A DNA stretch of 64,000 nucleotides from an uncultured virus (IMG/VR IMGVR_UViG_3300050821_001073) (lineage: Duplodnaviria > Heunggongvirae > Uroviricota > Caudoviricetes), in IMG/VR virus record IMGVR_UViG_3300050821_001073. One strand, 5' to 3'. The position numbers and the translations under genes are program-made. Under the pieces are notes generated by a model. The model had not been told where the DNA came from. It saw only the letters and a list, made by a program, of their open reading frames with translations, and ran no database searches. Positions 19,744 to 28,641 of the stretch are shown piece after piece; positions within the stretch are counted from its first letter, which is position 1; every line of letters begins with the position of its first letter.

Positions 19744-21428
19744 TTTTCCTTTCCTGCCAGAGCCGCACCGATTAGCTGCGATGCCCTGCCTTTCGTCATA
19801 TCTGCCGGAATCTGCCTGCCCTTAAATAACCGCTTCAGCATTTTCATCTGACCTTCTGTGACCGTATCTTGGTGCCAAGTAGCCTTCTGCTTAACTAATT
19901 TTACCACACTCGGGCACTTTCCAATCAGTAAATCATCGGCAGCGTGAAATGCTTCTTCCAACGTATCACGTACGCCAGCGTATTTCTGCCCTGCAATTAT
20001 GGCGGTCATCTCCCATTTATCCATGGCGTTCTGCTGGATGCGTAGTGACTCTTTGTTAGGGAGTATAATGATAAACCCACCTGCCGCTGCCCGATGCCAA
20101 GACATCTCACTGTTGTTCTGGACCTCCGTAGGTAGCTTGATGTCGAATAGGTTCACACTCTCTACATAAGCCTTTACGTTGTCGATGTCTTCTAACCCGG
20201 ACAGGTCCAGATGCGGATATTCTTTTTGAGCGGCTTCTATAGTCTGTAATGAGCCGACCAGAGACTTGCCCTTCAGATCCATCTTGGCGTTCAGACCCAA
20301 GAGTGTCGGCAGGGTCACAAGACTGTGCCGTGATGAATTGTCCACTAGGTCTATGAGCAAGCAATCCCTTTTAAGGGGGTCTACGCCATTGGCGATAGCT
20401 TCTAGAAGGTTGCCTGTGCCTTCTTGCAGGCGAGTACTCCTGCCAAGACACTGACTGAAGTAGATGCTACTTTTGCTAGGGCGTGCCATTAGGATACAGC
20501 CTATGGTCCATAGGTCAAAGCCTGTGGTTAGTATGCTGTCATTCGTAATAACCCTTATCTCACCTGTCTTTAAGCGGGTTATCTTGTCTTCTCTGTCTGA
20601 ATCGTCGCCCCAAACAGCTTCTGCTTGTATCCCCACAGCACTAAATGCTTGTGCTAAGTCCTTAGCGTGCTGAATGCCCGCTGTAAAAGCAATTGTCTGA
20701 CGGCCTTCTGCATTATTCATCCATGCCTTGACTGCAAGCTGGTTCCGTTCCGGAGTGTTCACTGTGTCGCGTAGTTGGCCTGCATCAAAATCGCCAGCTA
20801 CCGTCTTAACCCCGTCCAAGCTGGTGCGGGTGTTGACTTTAAGTCCTCGCACGTCTACAAGCCAACCATCCGTGATAGCATCCCGAAGTCCGTAGGTATA
20901 CACAATCCTCTGGTATAACTCTGCCAGAGCCTTACCATCACCCCTGGAAGGCGTGGCCGTGACACCTAGAAGCAGTTTCTTACTGTCTTCAGCCAGGAAT
21001 CCGCCATGTTCAAAGATACTTTTGAAGCTACTGGCAGCACTAAGATGGGCTTCATCCTGGTACAGCTTGGTAATCCGCTCCCAGTTGAACCGATCTCTAC
21101 GGGAAGACCCTGCACGGCCAAGTGTAGCAACCGATGCCACTATGACATCAGCGTTCGCGTCAGCTACACGTGAGCCCATATCGACATCGATTTTAAGAGT
21201 AGGATTATAAACTTGGAGACGGTGCGCAGCCTGTTCGATGAGTTCTAATCTATGCGCCAAGAACAAGGATTGTCCTGGCAAGCGGTCCTTCAGTGTTCCG
21301 ACTAAAGAAGCTACGATATTGGTCTTGCCCGTACCCGTGGCGAGTACTAGAAGCTGGCGACTAATTCCTGAGTCAAGACCTTTAATGACGGCCTTTACTG
21401 CGGATTCCTGATAAGGTCTTAGGTTCAT
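19740..21428 (-). CDS. superfamily 2 DExH helicase (IRC3/ResIII-like)
   Basis: LRPYQ, ATGTGKT, DEAH, TATP, LTTGFD, QCLGRSTR. Confidence 0.92.
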   Translation of the reverse strand: MNLRPYQESAVKAVIKGLDSGISRQLLVLATGTGKTNIVASLVGTLKDRLPGQSLFLAHRLELIEQAAHRLQVYNPTLKIDVDMGSRVADANADVIVASVATLGRAGSSRRDRFNWERITKLYQDEAHLSAASSFKSIFEHGGFLAEDSKKLLLGVTATPSRGDGKALAELYQRIVYTYGLRDAITDGWLVDVRGLKVNTRTSLDGVKTVAGDFDAGQLRDTVNTPERNQLAVKAWMNNAEGRQTIAFTAGIQHAKDLAQAFSAVGIQAEAVWGDDSDREDKITRLKTGEIRVITNDSILTTGFDLWTIGCILMARPSKSSIYFSQCLGRSTRLQEGTGNLLEAIANGVDPLKRDCLLIDLVDNSSRHSLVTLPTLLGLNAKMDLKGKSLVGSLQTIEAAQKEYPHLDLSGLEDIDNVKAYVESVNLFDIKLPTEVQNNSEMSWHRAAAGGFIIILPNKESLRIQQNAMDKWEMTAIIAGQKYAGVRDTLEEAFHAADDLLIGKCPSVVKLVKQKATWHQDTVTEGQMKMLKRLFKGRQIPADMTKGRASQLIGAALAGKEK

Positions 21429-21434
21429 ATAAAG

Positions 21435-21463
21435 ATTATATCAAAAAGAAAAGGCCCCGTCAA
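21435..21463 (-). promoter_or_regulatory. sigma70 promoter, leaderless transcript of helicase
   Basis: TTGACG...TATAAT then 6 nt to ATG; -35 lies inside an AAGGCCC/GGGCCTT hairpin. Confidence 0.65.
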
Positions 21464-21477
21464 GGGCCTTTATAACA

Positions 21478-22017
21478 CTACCTTTTACTCACGTCATAAC
21501 CCAAGCGGTATAGAACAACATTCTCCATTTCGTACATAGAATCACCTATCCCAGTTGGAGCACCATCGATCTGACCTACCGAGGAGCACGCGGTAACGAT
21601 CTTTTCTGGACTATCCGTTACAACGGCATATCCATGAACGGGGTTTCCGTTTAGCCAGATTGTATTAGACGGTATTGAATCGTCCGGATGCTTGATAACC
21701 CATTGTGGGTTGCCAGTAATCCTAGCAATCTCCGACCAAGGAACGTCTTGTTCGCACGTAACAATGACACCATTCGGCGTTTCGTTCAGTGCTCTAGGAT
21801 CTTGGATCAAACCAGTACTATTCGCAGGGTCCAGGTCCACTCCGTTGTGGATCATGTTGATTGCGACTGTCCATTGATAACGTAGGTTAGCGTCTGAGGC
21901 GATGCCCTGTGATTGGTTCTGGATCGTAGAGGGGTCCCCAACGAACTTGCCGCCAGAGCCGCAAGCCGCCATTCCGAGAGTCATAGAGCCGATGAAAATT
22001 GCAGTTAATTTGTTCAT
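21478..22017 (-). CDS. putative lipoprotein
   Basis: MNKLTAIFIGSMTLGMAAC lipobox-like signal; leaderless start after TTGACA..TATGCT. Confidence 0.65.
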   Translation of the reverse strand: MNKLTAIFIGSMTLGMAACGSGGKFVGDPSTIQNQSQGIASDANLRYQWTVAINMIHNGVDLDPANSTGLIQDPRALNETPNGVIVTCEQDVPWSEIARITGNPQWVIKHPDDSIPSNTIWLNGNPVHGYAVVTDSPEKIVTACSSVGQIDGAPTGIGDSMYEMENVVLYRLGYDVSKR

Positions 22018-22054
22018 AAAGAGAGCATAGCACCATGGGGAGGGCCTTGTCAAG

Positions 22055-23080
22055 CTATTTCAACCACGTCAACCAAGAGTTCAGACCTTTGCTCGATACG
22101 TAGTTTAGCAGAATAGCGTTCAGGTTCCGAATGAACCCTCCCATCAAAGGGCTAACCGCTCTGTTCAACTTAGCAACGATATCAGTTGTGCTCGTGGGAG
22201 ACGCCTGGATAAGCGAACTCGTCCAGAAGACCTCAGGAGACACTACGATAGGCAACCCAGTTGCAACCATGTCCGCAGCAACGATGTTAAACGTCTCACT
22301 GAATGACACTTGCATTCCAATGTCCATTGTTGTCAATGTCTTAAGGAAAGTCTCGTGATTGGTCCAAGGATGCTGAATCAGTTGGTGTGGGGAGCCTTTG
22401 AACAACGCTATGAGATTCTTCAGGACGTTATCGCCACCTTCGATTCTCGTGGAGTTAATATGGAAGTTGAGCCGCAGGTTGCGCTGTTCAGCGAATTCCT
22501 GAGCCGCAACGGCCTGGATTAGCTGGTTCTTCAGCGGTCTAAGTGCTCCGAAGCAAGCTATGTTAACCGTAGTTCCAGGTGCGAAGCCACGACCAGAGCC
22601 TTTGACGGGGGTATATACGTTCGGGAGCAGAACGGTATTCGGTTCACGGTACGCCTTGAACAGCACGATATTGATGTCCTGGAGTGCCGTGGTAGAGTTG
22701 CTAGATACCTGAACGTTCTGGAACTCTGCGTAGCCCTTAATCCAATCCATAGCGATGCCTTCGGTAGCTAGGAACGGGATTTCAGAGTGCAAACGCACAG
22801 TCCATTTGACATTCGGGTGCAACTTAGTCAAAATGCTGAACTTACTAGGCACGACCCACAGGGCTTCGATGACCACATGAGTAGGCTTATGTAGCGTAAC
22901 GAGTTTGTCGATGCAGTTATTATCGATGGCAAAGACCACTTCAGAGGCGATGCCTTTATAGATTAGAGCGTTGCTGACCAGCGTAGCGGATTGGAATAAA
23001 CCGCTAGAGGGATACGCACTGTACGAGTAAGAACCGTAAGCTGCGTCGTTTTCTTTGAGGATAAAGAGGACTTTTGCCAT
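22055..23080 (-). CDS. GT-B (family 4-like) glycosyltransferase
   Basis: FGALRPLKN, SFSETFNIVAAD...G.P.V motifs; start set at MAKVLF. Confidence 0.8.
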   Translation of the reverse strand: MAKVLFILKENDAAYGSYSYSAYPSSGLFQSATLVSNALIYKGIASEVVFAIDNNCIDKLVTLHKPTHVVIEALWVVPSKFSILTKLHPNVKWTVRLHSEIPFLATEGIAMDWIKGYAEFQNVQVSSNSTTALQDINIVLFKAYREPNTVLLPNVYTPVKGSGRGFAPGTTVNIACFGALRPLKNQLIQAVAAQEFAEQRNLRLNFHINSTRIEGGDNVLKNLIALFKGSPHQLIQHPWTNHETFLKTLTTMDIGMQVSFSETFNIVAADMVATGLPIVVSPEVFWTSSLIQASPTSTTDIVAKLNRAVSPLMGGFIRNLNAILLNYVSSKGLNSWLTWLK

Positions 23081-23084
23081 TATT

Positions 23085-23339
23085 TTAGAATCCTTGCCTA
23101 ATTGCGTCTTGCTCGTACAAACCCATTGGATCTCCGACACCTGGAGAATGTATGGCGTAAACTTTACCAGTAGTAAACGCATTTCCATCTATGCGCGCTT
23201 CACCTGTGGTTACGATAGGAGCTGGAACGCCTACCTGAACTCGTCCAATTACTTTGCCACATCTGCCTTTGACTTCCCCTGCAAATACGATTTCTTCAAC
23301 GTAAAACTGGGCCAACTGTGATGCAGGTACAAATGACAT
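23085..23339 (-). CDS. hypothetical protein
   Basis: AAGGAG RBS before MSFVPAS. Confidence 0.55.
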   Translation of the reverse strand: MSFVPASQLAQFYVEEIVFAGEVKGRCGKVIGRVQVGVPAPIVTTGEARIDGNAFTTGKVYAIHSPGVGDPMGLYEQDAIRQGF

Positions 23340-23347
23340 ATTTCTCC

Positions 23348-23494
23348 TTATTTCCAGAGCCATGGGAGCATTGTGTTGACTCCATTGCTCATACTAGAGG
23401 ATAAAGACCTCCAACTATTGCTACTCGAATAGAATCTCTCAGTATAGACCCCGCCACTATTGCTTCTGAATATGTGCCAAGGGCAAAAGATCAC
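23348..23494 (-). CDS. micro-peptide family, PWH subtype (48 aa)
   Basis: GTG start: MIFCPWHIFRSNSGGVYTERFYSSSNSWRSLSSSMSNGVNTMLPWLWK; GTGA-coupled to HNH gene. Confidence 0.7.
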   Translation of the reverse strand: MIFCPWHIFRSNSGGVYTERFYSSSNSWRSLSSSMSNGVNTMLPWLWK

Positions 23495-23751
23495 GACGGT
23501 TTCCATCCTTTTATACGGTTGAACTTTGCCAGACCGTTTGCGCCTTCGCTGCCTACTTGTAGCGTTAGGTGCCCCGAATGAAGTCCGGAATGGCAGCACC
23601 CGCACAGGCTGATGAGGTTTTCCAAGGTGTCTGGACCGCCTTGGCTCTTGTAAATGATGTGATGCGGCTGCACTCCCCTATACCCGCAGTGCCTACATTT
23701 AAAAGCATCCCGCAGGAACACAGCCGATCTAGTTTTAGCGTCTAGGGCCAT
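23491..23751 (-). CDS. HNH endonuclease
   Basis: RD..KCRHCG...HHI..KSQGG....NL..LC..CH. Confidence 0.9.
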   Translation of the reverse strand: MALDAKTRSAVFLRDAFKCRHCGYRGVQPHHIIYKSQGGPDTLENLISLCGCCHSGLHSGHLTLQVGSEGANGLAKFNRIKGWKPS

Positions 23752-23835
23752 AATAGCCCGATAACGATGTAACAAGCTACAATGAACAATTCGGCTATGG
23801 CAACGACATAAAGTGCCGTAACTACTCTACTCATT

Positions 23836-24126
23836 TTAGAACTCGTCCTGTTCGTCTCCATGAACACCGCAACAAGCACAATCGCCGAAGCCAGAATCTT
23901 CCAATTCGGACTCAAAACTAACGATCACTTCTCCGTCCAGATCCACAGGCAGGCCCAGATGTGCAGGAACGCCAGCGTTAACCAGAAGACCAGTTTCGCT
24001 AAGCGTAGCCACTAGGAAACCTTCGCCGTAGCTATCAGTCGCCAGAATGTGCATTTCATTATTTACTTCAACTAAGCTGAAGGAAACAGTGGGTTCAATT
24101 TCAGTGCCATGTACGATAAATTTCAT
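23836..24126 (-). CDS. acidic hypothetical protein
   Basis: GAGGAG RBS. Confidence 0.6.
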   Translation of the reverse strand: MKFIVHGTEIEPTVSFSLVEVNNEMHILATDSYGEGFLVATLSETGLLVNAGVPAHLGLPVDLDGEVIVSFESELEDSGFGDCACCGVHGDEQDEF

Positions 24127-24150
24127 GTGTAAATCTCCTCAACTTCAATA

Positions 24151-24831
24151 CTACAGCAACTCGTCTGGACTCGCAAGACAATTCGCAGACATTGCTTCCA
24201 GTGCCTGACCGTTTGAAGGGTCAATAGCGTTTCCCTCTTCATCTCGCCCCACACTGCCAATCTGCCTCTTCATTTTCTCTAAAGCAGGCTGTACAGTTTG
24301 CTCGTTTACGATCTTCTTGATATAGAATGGAACGAAGATCAGCTCGTTTTCCCCATCCAGGCCCTTCAGGGTTTTGACTAACTGCTTAATCTGCTCCAGG
24401 GACATTTCATGTGCTGTCTCAACAAAAGTACGAATGAAATCACCCATAGGCTTCTCTTCTTTAGTCTCTGGGTGAACGTATATGTCTTCAGGGGTTAAGC
24501 TAGTGATTTCACGGAGCTTAGCGATACCGACTGGCTCGTATTGCTCACGCGGAATGCCGACTATGCTCATGACTTCCGCCATGCGTACCACATACTGGGC
24601 CTTGCGTGGCTTTATCTCCAGAGTTGATGTGTACTCTTTGAAGGTTGCATGGCCCAAAGAGGCATAGTATTGGTTTGATTTTACTTCAAAAAGATGCTCA
24701 GCAAGGTCAAACGTTGAGTGGGCCATATTGGCTATCAACGATTCAACGGCCTTAAGGGCAGCAGCCGCTCTGCCAGATTGCGCTTCCCCAACAATCACTA
24801 CATTGGGAAAGAGAGGCATTTGGGTATCCAT
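24151..24831 (-). CDS. hypothetical protein
   Basis: 226 aa, GGAG RBS; Y..LG..TF.EY helical motif. Confidence 0.65.
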   Translation of the reverse strand: MDTQMPLFPNVVIVGEAQSGRAAAALKAVESLIANMAHSTFDLAEHLFEVKSNQYYASLGHATFKEYTSTLEIKPRKAQYVVRMAEVMSIVGIPREQYEPVGIAKLREITSLTPEDIYVHPETKEEKPMGDFIRTFVETAHEMSLEQIKQLVKTLKGLDGENELIFVPFYIKKIVNEQTVQPALEKMKRQIGSVGRDEEGNAIDPSNGQALEAMSANCLASPDELL

Positions 24832-24839
24832 TAAATCTC

Positions 24840-25655
24840 CTAGATTTCAATCGTATCGTTGATAACCGCATCGATTTCGGCCTGCTGCGCTGCAACGTTC
24901 TTGGCTTCAACCTGTGCTTCTGTACCGTTGTCACGGTTCTTGAACTGTTGGAACAACGCGCCAAACTTAACCTGTTCTTCAGGGGTCACGAGCTTGAACC
25001 CATCGATCTTCAGATTGAAGTTCTGCTTGTTGACGGTGTCTCTAACAGACGAAAGATCAAAGCCAATGTCATAGATATTGGGCTTCTTGCCTTCTGCCTT
25101 GAGCTTCATGAACAATCGTGCAATATTCTCCATGGCCGCTTCAAACGCCTTTTTGCTCTTACGAGTGGCGTAGAAGTACATCGGCATCTGGTACTGGGTG
25201 TCGATCAACAGAACCTTGAGCGTGATTTCGGCTCCAGGAATATCTGACTTGTTCTTGCCATTGTCACGCCACTTCGACCAGTTAGCGTTCAAATCAGGGT
25301 TCTTAGGGCACGCACTGCAAGCCATCGCTTGAGGATTGCGGGCATTGTTGTTAGGCTGAACCATGTCGTTCGAGAAGCACATAAGATTCTCAGAACGCTT
25401 AATCATGTCGCCAACGCCTTCGTAGTAATTGCAGCGTTCTGAAGGAGTTGCGATAAGGACCACACGCATTTTGTCGTATTGTTCGCCGGTTTCGTTAATG
25501 CGCAGCTTGCCGGGAATGGCTCCATCGGCCTGGGTCATGGGTTGATTGAGTGTAATGGTAACAGGCTTAAGACGGAACATCTTCGATGAGAAGTCCAGTC
25601 CGTCGCCAGCTTCTTGGATTGCTGTGGTGCCGATATTTACGAGTTCATTGGCCAT
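24840..25655 (-). CDS. putative ssDNA-binding/annealing protein
   Basis: sits beside an exonuclease; C.S.D...P....C..CP motif; acidic tail. Confidence 0.5.
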   Translation of the reverse strand: MANELVNIGTTAIQEAGDGLDFSSKMFRLKPVTITLNQPMTQADGAIPGKLRINETGEQYDKMRVVLIATPSERCNYYEGVGDMIKRSENLMCFSNDMVQPNNNARNPQAMACSACPKNPDLNANWSKWRDNGKNKSDIPGAEITLKVLLIDTQYQMPMYFYATRKSKKAFEAAMENIARLFMKLKAEGKKPNIYDIGFDLSSVRDTVNKQNFNLKIDGFKLVTPEEQVKFGALFQQFKNRDNGTEAQVEAKNVAAQQAEIDAVINDTIEI

Positions 25656-25663
25656 AGTGCTCC

Positions 25664-25935
25664 TTATTCGTTTACGTAACTTGCGGTGATAACACCAGTT
25701 TTAATACCTTTGGCTGCTTTGCCGATCAGTTTAGCAGTGACATTTGCGGGTGAGCTAACCCATGAAGTTTCGTATTTCGCTCCCCAGTCAGTGTTGTCAT
25801 CACTAGGATGCGTAGCTCTTGCCGCTTCTTCCGATTCCGCGACAACTACGGCATTTTGGTAATAGTTATAGTGCGCTGGAGCGTTAGCTTCGATAAAGTA
25901 AATATTGAGTTCCGTAAGTTCATCTGCCCATGCTT
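25664..25935 (-). CDS. hypothetical protein
   Basis: VVVAESEE.AR..HP...W pattern; start approximate. Confidence 0.5.
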
Positions 25936-25998
25936 CAAACATTGTGTGATCTCCTATTACTTAGATCATAAACGTATTCGATACGGTTGTCAAGCTTA

Positions 25999-26154
25999 TT
26001 ATGTGTCCTCTCCACATATACTAGAAGCATAGGCTCCTGCCCAACTCCGATTCCAGCCAGTATGATGGCTGCTCCGTGTAAGCTCCCACCTGCCGTAGTA
26101 TCTCCACATTGCCGCAGAGTGAGCGTCAAAAGCTGCTGTTTGAAACAGTATCAT
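25999..26154 (-). CDS. micro-peptide family member (51 aa)
   Basis: MILFQTAAFDAHSAAMWRYYGRWELTRSSHHTGWNRSWAGAYASSICGEDT. Confidence 0.7.
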   Translation of the reverse strand: MILFQTAAFDAHSAAMWRYYGRWELTRSSHHTGWNRSWAGAYASSICGEDT

Positions 26155-26155
26155 A

Positions 26156-27232
26156 TTAGATCTCGATATGCAATGCTTCGTACTTCGCTTTGCAAGCGGC
26201 ACACCCGTGGCCATCTGGCCCACAGATTGGGCGACGAATTCCTTTGTAGTCGCGAAATTTAAGGCATTCCTTATTCAGTCGGACCAACCGCTCTGCTGAC
26301 TTAATCGCCTGCCGTGCCGCCGAATCCTTCTCACGTTTATCCTTAAGGGTCTTCTTCAGACTTCGCATGATCCTGGAGAGCTTCAGGCATTCGTGGAAAC
26401 CTTCCCAATCCCGCTCAAAGTGCTCAGCGGTAACATGCCAAGGTTCGACTTCGCCATCTTCTTTGCCTAACCGTATGATCCAACGGTCTTCAATGACCTG
26501 TCCTGTTTCCTCTTGCAGTGCCTGCTGGTAGGCCGCTGTCTGCAACAGATATTCGGTCTGGAGGTTGTTACTGGACTTCCAGTCTATGATGCTCAGGCGG
26601 TCCTTAAATGGCGTCGGGCAACAGTCTAGGTTCTCACAGCTATCCACCGTAGCAAGTCCGTCCATCGTACCTGCGAACCCGTATTTACGGCTGAATACCT
26701 TGCGTTCTGTACTGATCCATCGGACGTTGTGACGGTCCATCCAGCTTAGTGCCGCATTGCAGCAGTTCTTGGCTCGATCTTCGGTTGGTAAAGGACTGTT
26801 TGCCTCTTCTTGTAGCTCTGCATTGATGAAGTCTTCAATCCAGTTGTGCGCCGCATGGCCTACGTGCGCCGCATCTTCTAGCCGCTCACGATGGGCGCTT
26901 TTCGCGGCCATGGCTATCTTCTCGAATTCCACCCTGGACAAGTCCACCCACGGCTCACCGTCTTCGGTTGTATACGTCGGTATGGTCCTAAGCAGCTTTT
27001 CTACTGTCATCTTAGCCGCCCAAGGAATCAACATTTCACTTTTATCGACAATATGGCAGATACTCGTTACACCATCTTGGCTCTTCTGTACGCCGTTTTC
27101 CAGAAGGTAATAGAAGTGTTTGGAATCATTATAGTACAACGTGACTTCACCATTGTAGAAGCTATAGGCGCGATCTGGAAGACTACCTTTGCCGCCACTG
27201 AATTTGTTTAAGAAACCGTCGATGTCACTCAT
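26156..27232 (-). CDS. PD-(D/E)XK exonuclease (Cas4/lambda-exo-like)
   Basis: GVTSI, G.AAH..IE, TE, AGTMD, IDWKS, Q.AAY. Confidence 0.85.
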   Translation of the reverse strand: MSDIDGFLNKFSGGKGSLPDRAYSFYNGEVTLYYNDSKHFYYLLENGVQKSQDGVTSICHIVDKSEMLIPWAAKMTVEKLLRTIPTYTTEDGEPWVDLSRVEFEKIAMAAKSAHRERLEDAAHVGHAAHNWIEDFINAELQEEANSPLPTEDRAKNCCNAALSWMDRHNVRWISTERKVFSRKYGFAGTMDGLATVDSCENLDCCPTPFKDRLSIIDWKSSNNLQTEYLLQTAAYQQALQEETGQVIEDRWIIRLGKEDGEVEPWHVTAEHFERDWEGFHECLKLSRIMRSLKKTLKDKREKDSAARQAIKSAERLVRLNKECLKFRDYKGIRRPICGPDGHGCAACKAKYEALHIEI

Positions 27233-27417
27233 TACTTCCGCTCCAGTCCACAACTCTGACAATAAACTCCACCATCAGTCCAATCGTCCTTACAGCAACA
27301 AATAGTAGGAGCGGTCCTCTGCAACCGTTCAATGTCCAGCTTCAGTCCTTCTATCTCGAACTTCATAGCATCTACTTTACTGACTAATTCCATAAGTAAG
27401 TTAGGATGTAGGATCAT
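27232..27417 (-). CDS. small coiled-coil/Zn-finger hypothetical protein
   Basis: CCC...CQSCG; coupled on both sides. Confidence 0.55.
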   Translation of the reverse strand: MILHPNLLMELVSKVDAMKFEIEGLKLDIERLQRTAPTICCCKDDWTDGGVYCQSCGLERK

Positions 27418-27707
27418 TTCTTTCCCTTTAGTTCCTTCAAAACCGCCAATGCGGTAGACTGCTTCTTGGCCCCTGGGATTCTAGTTTTAAGCGACACCAG
27501 GAACTTCTTCAACTCAAACTTCAAACCTGTTTCATTGATCGGCCAAACACCGTCACCTGGACCTGTGGCCTTATCGTAGTCTGATCCGTTCATGCGCCAA
27601 TCCCGCATCGAATACGGCGAGAATAAAGCATAGTACTTAGGAGTTACCTTTGTAACCACCACTAGGTTCTGACCATCCGGCACGGCTTGAATTCCGTAGG
27701 TACTCAT
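27414..27707 (-). CDS. hypothetical protein
   Basis: start re-assigned to MSTYG because the upstream part is occupied by a micro-peptide ORF in another frame. Confidence 0.55.
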   Translation of the reverse strand: MSTYGIQAVPDGQNLVVVTKVTPKYYALFSPYSMRDWRMNGSDYDKATGPGDGVWPINETGLKFELKKFLVSLKTRIPGAKKQSTALAVLKELKGKK

Positions 27708-27711
27708 TAAT

Positions 27712-27888
27712 CTAACTTCCATAATAACTCCTGTAAGCATGGCTACTGATGCTAATGTCCCAACCACTATGATGGCTAACATTTCCTATCAAAGTTTCGA
27801 CACAGCAGTTTTTACGTGTATAGAAGAACATAACAAGTCCTTGTGTGTTGACGCCTTTGTAGCGCGTTCTCATTGGTACAAATATCAT
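27712..27888 (-). CDS. micro-peptide family member (58 aa)
   Basis: MIFVPMRTRYKGVNTQGLVMFFYTRKNCCVETLIGNVSHHSGWDISISSHAYRSYYGS; AGGAG RBS and TTGACA-N17-TATAAT promoter upstream. Confidence 0.65.
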   Translation of the reverse strand: MIFVPMRTRYKGVNTQGLVMFFYTRKNCCVETLIGNVSHHSGWDISISSHAYRSYYGS

Positions 27889-27930
27889 CGTTTGCTCCTA
27901 CATCCATTATAGCCGTATCCGGTCCGCTTG

Positions 27931-28086
27931 TCAAAACCTATCACTCACAGATGCCCAAACCAAACTGCTCTTGGAAGGCAAGAAGATGACACTATCACCA
28001 GAGAAACTTCTGTAATAGTACTTACATTGACTGCTCCAGTTAGCAGAACTAAACGACCCGTATACTTGAACTGTCTTCAGGATCAT
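27931..28086 (-). CDS. micro-peptide family member (51 aa)
   Basis: MILKTVQVYGSFSSANWSSQCKYYYRSFSGDSVIFLPSKSSLVWASVSDRF. Confidence 0.7.
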   Translation of the reverse strand: MILKTVQVYGSFSSANWSSQCKYYYRSFSGDSVIFLPSKSSLVWASVSDRF

Positions 28087-28094
28087 AGTTACCT

Positions 28095-28274
28095 TTAAAA
28101 GTAATCAGACATAGAGTTCCTATGCTGCCCGACTCCGGATGTAGATACTGCGCACATACCTACTCTAGATAAATTCAGCCAGTCGCTACGATGGTCACCT
28201 ACACTCTTACTTGACCATGAAGCAGCAAACCCGCATAGTGAACCTGATGAATTGTATACTATCCGCAATATCAT
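28095..28274 (-). CDS. micro-peptide family member (59 aa)
   Basis: MILRIVYNSSGSLCGFAASWSSKSVGDHRSDWLNLSRVGMCAVSTSGVGQHRNSMSDYF. Confidence 0.7.
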   Translation of the reverse strand: MILRIVYNSSGSLCGFAASWSSKSVGDHRSDWLNLSRVGMCAVSTSGVGQHRNSMSDYF

Positions 28275-28281
28275 ACGCCAC

Positions 28282-28443
28282 CTACCAATCCGAGCTGAAT
28301 GAACCGGCTCTGAAATGCGAAATTGAACAATAGAATTCATTAGAGCGTGACCAACGTCGTCGCTGGTGACAACTATATATCGGTTCGCTTCTTAGAAGTC
28401 CCCAACTCCATGATCCTTTACCAGAATTTATATTAAGGATCAT
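28282..28443 (-). CDS. micro-peptide family member (53 aa)
   Basis: MILNINSGKGSWSWGLLRSEPIYSCHQRRRWSRSNEFYCSISHFRAGSFSSDW. Confidence 0.7.
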   Translation of the reverse strand: MILNINSGKGSWSWGLLRSEPIYSCHQRRRWSRSNEFYCSISHFRAGSFSSDW

Positions 28444-28641
28444 TTACCAAGCTCCTGACCAAGACGTTTGACAGAAATACTTAGCGCCAGTGAGTCGGTC
28501 TATGTGCGTTCCTGTGTGCGAGCACATATATCCAGCACACCTTGAGGCACCCGCAACCTGGACCTTCCAGGGCACCGCGCTTGTAAAGAATTGTCCGCTA
28601 GATGCCGACGCAGCAGGAGTAAGAAACGTCCTAAGAATCAT
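28444..28641 (-). CDS. micro-peptide family member (65 aa)
   Basis: MILRTFLTPAASASSGQFFTSAV...SRCAGYMCSHTG...YFCQTSWSGAW. Confidence 0.7.
   Translation of the reverse strand: MILRTFLTPAASASSGQFFTSAVPWKVQVAGASRCAGYMCSHTGTHIDRLTGAKYFCQTSWSGAW

Noticed and set aside
27232..27417. MILHPNLL ORF as a family member
   Set aside because: MIL start but ordinary coiled-coil/Zn-finger composition
27708..27782. Hydrophobic N-terminal extension MLAIIVVG of ORF 27414..27782
   Set aside because: Overlaps the better-supported peptide ORF 27712..27888 (promoter + AGGAG); the downstream ATG is preferred
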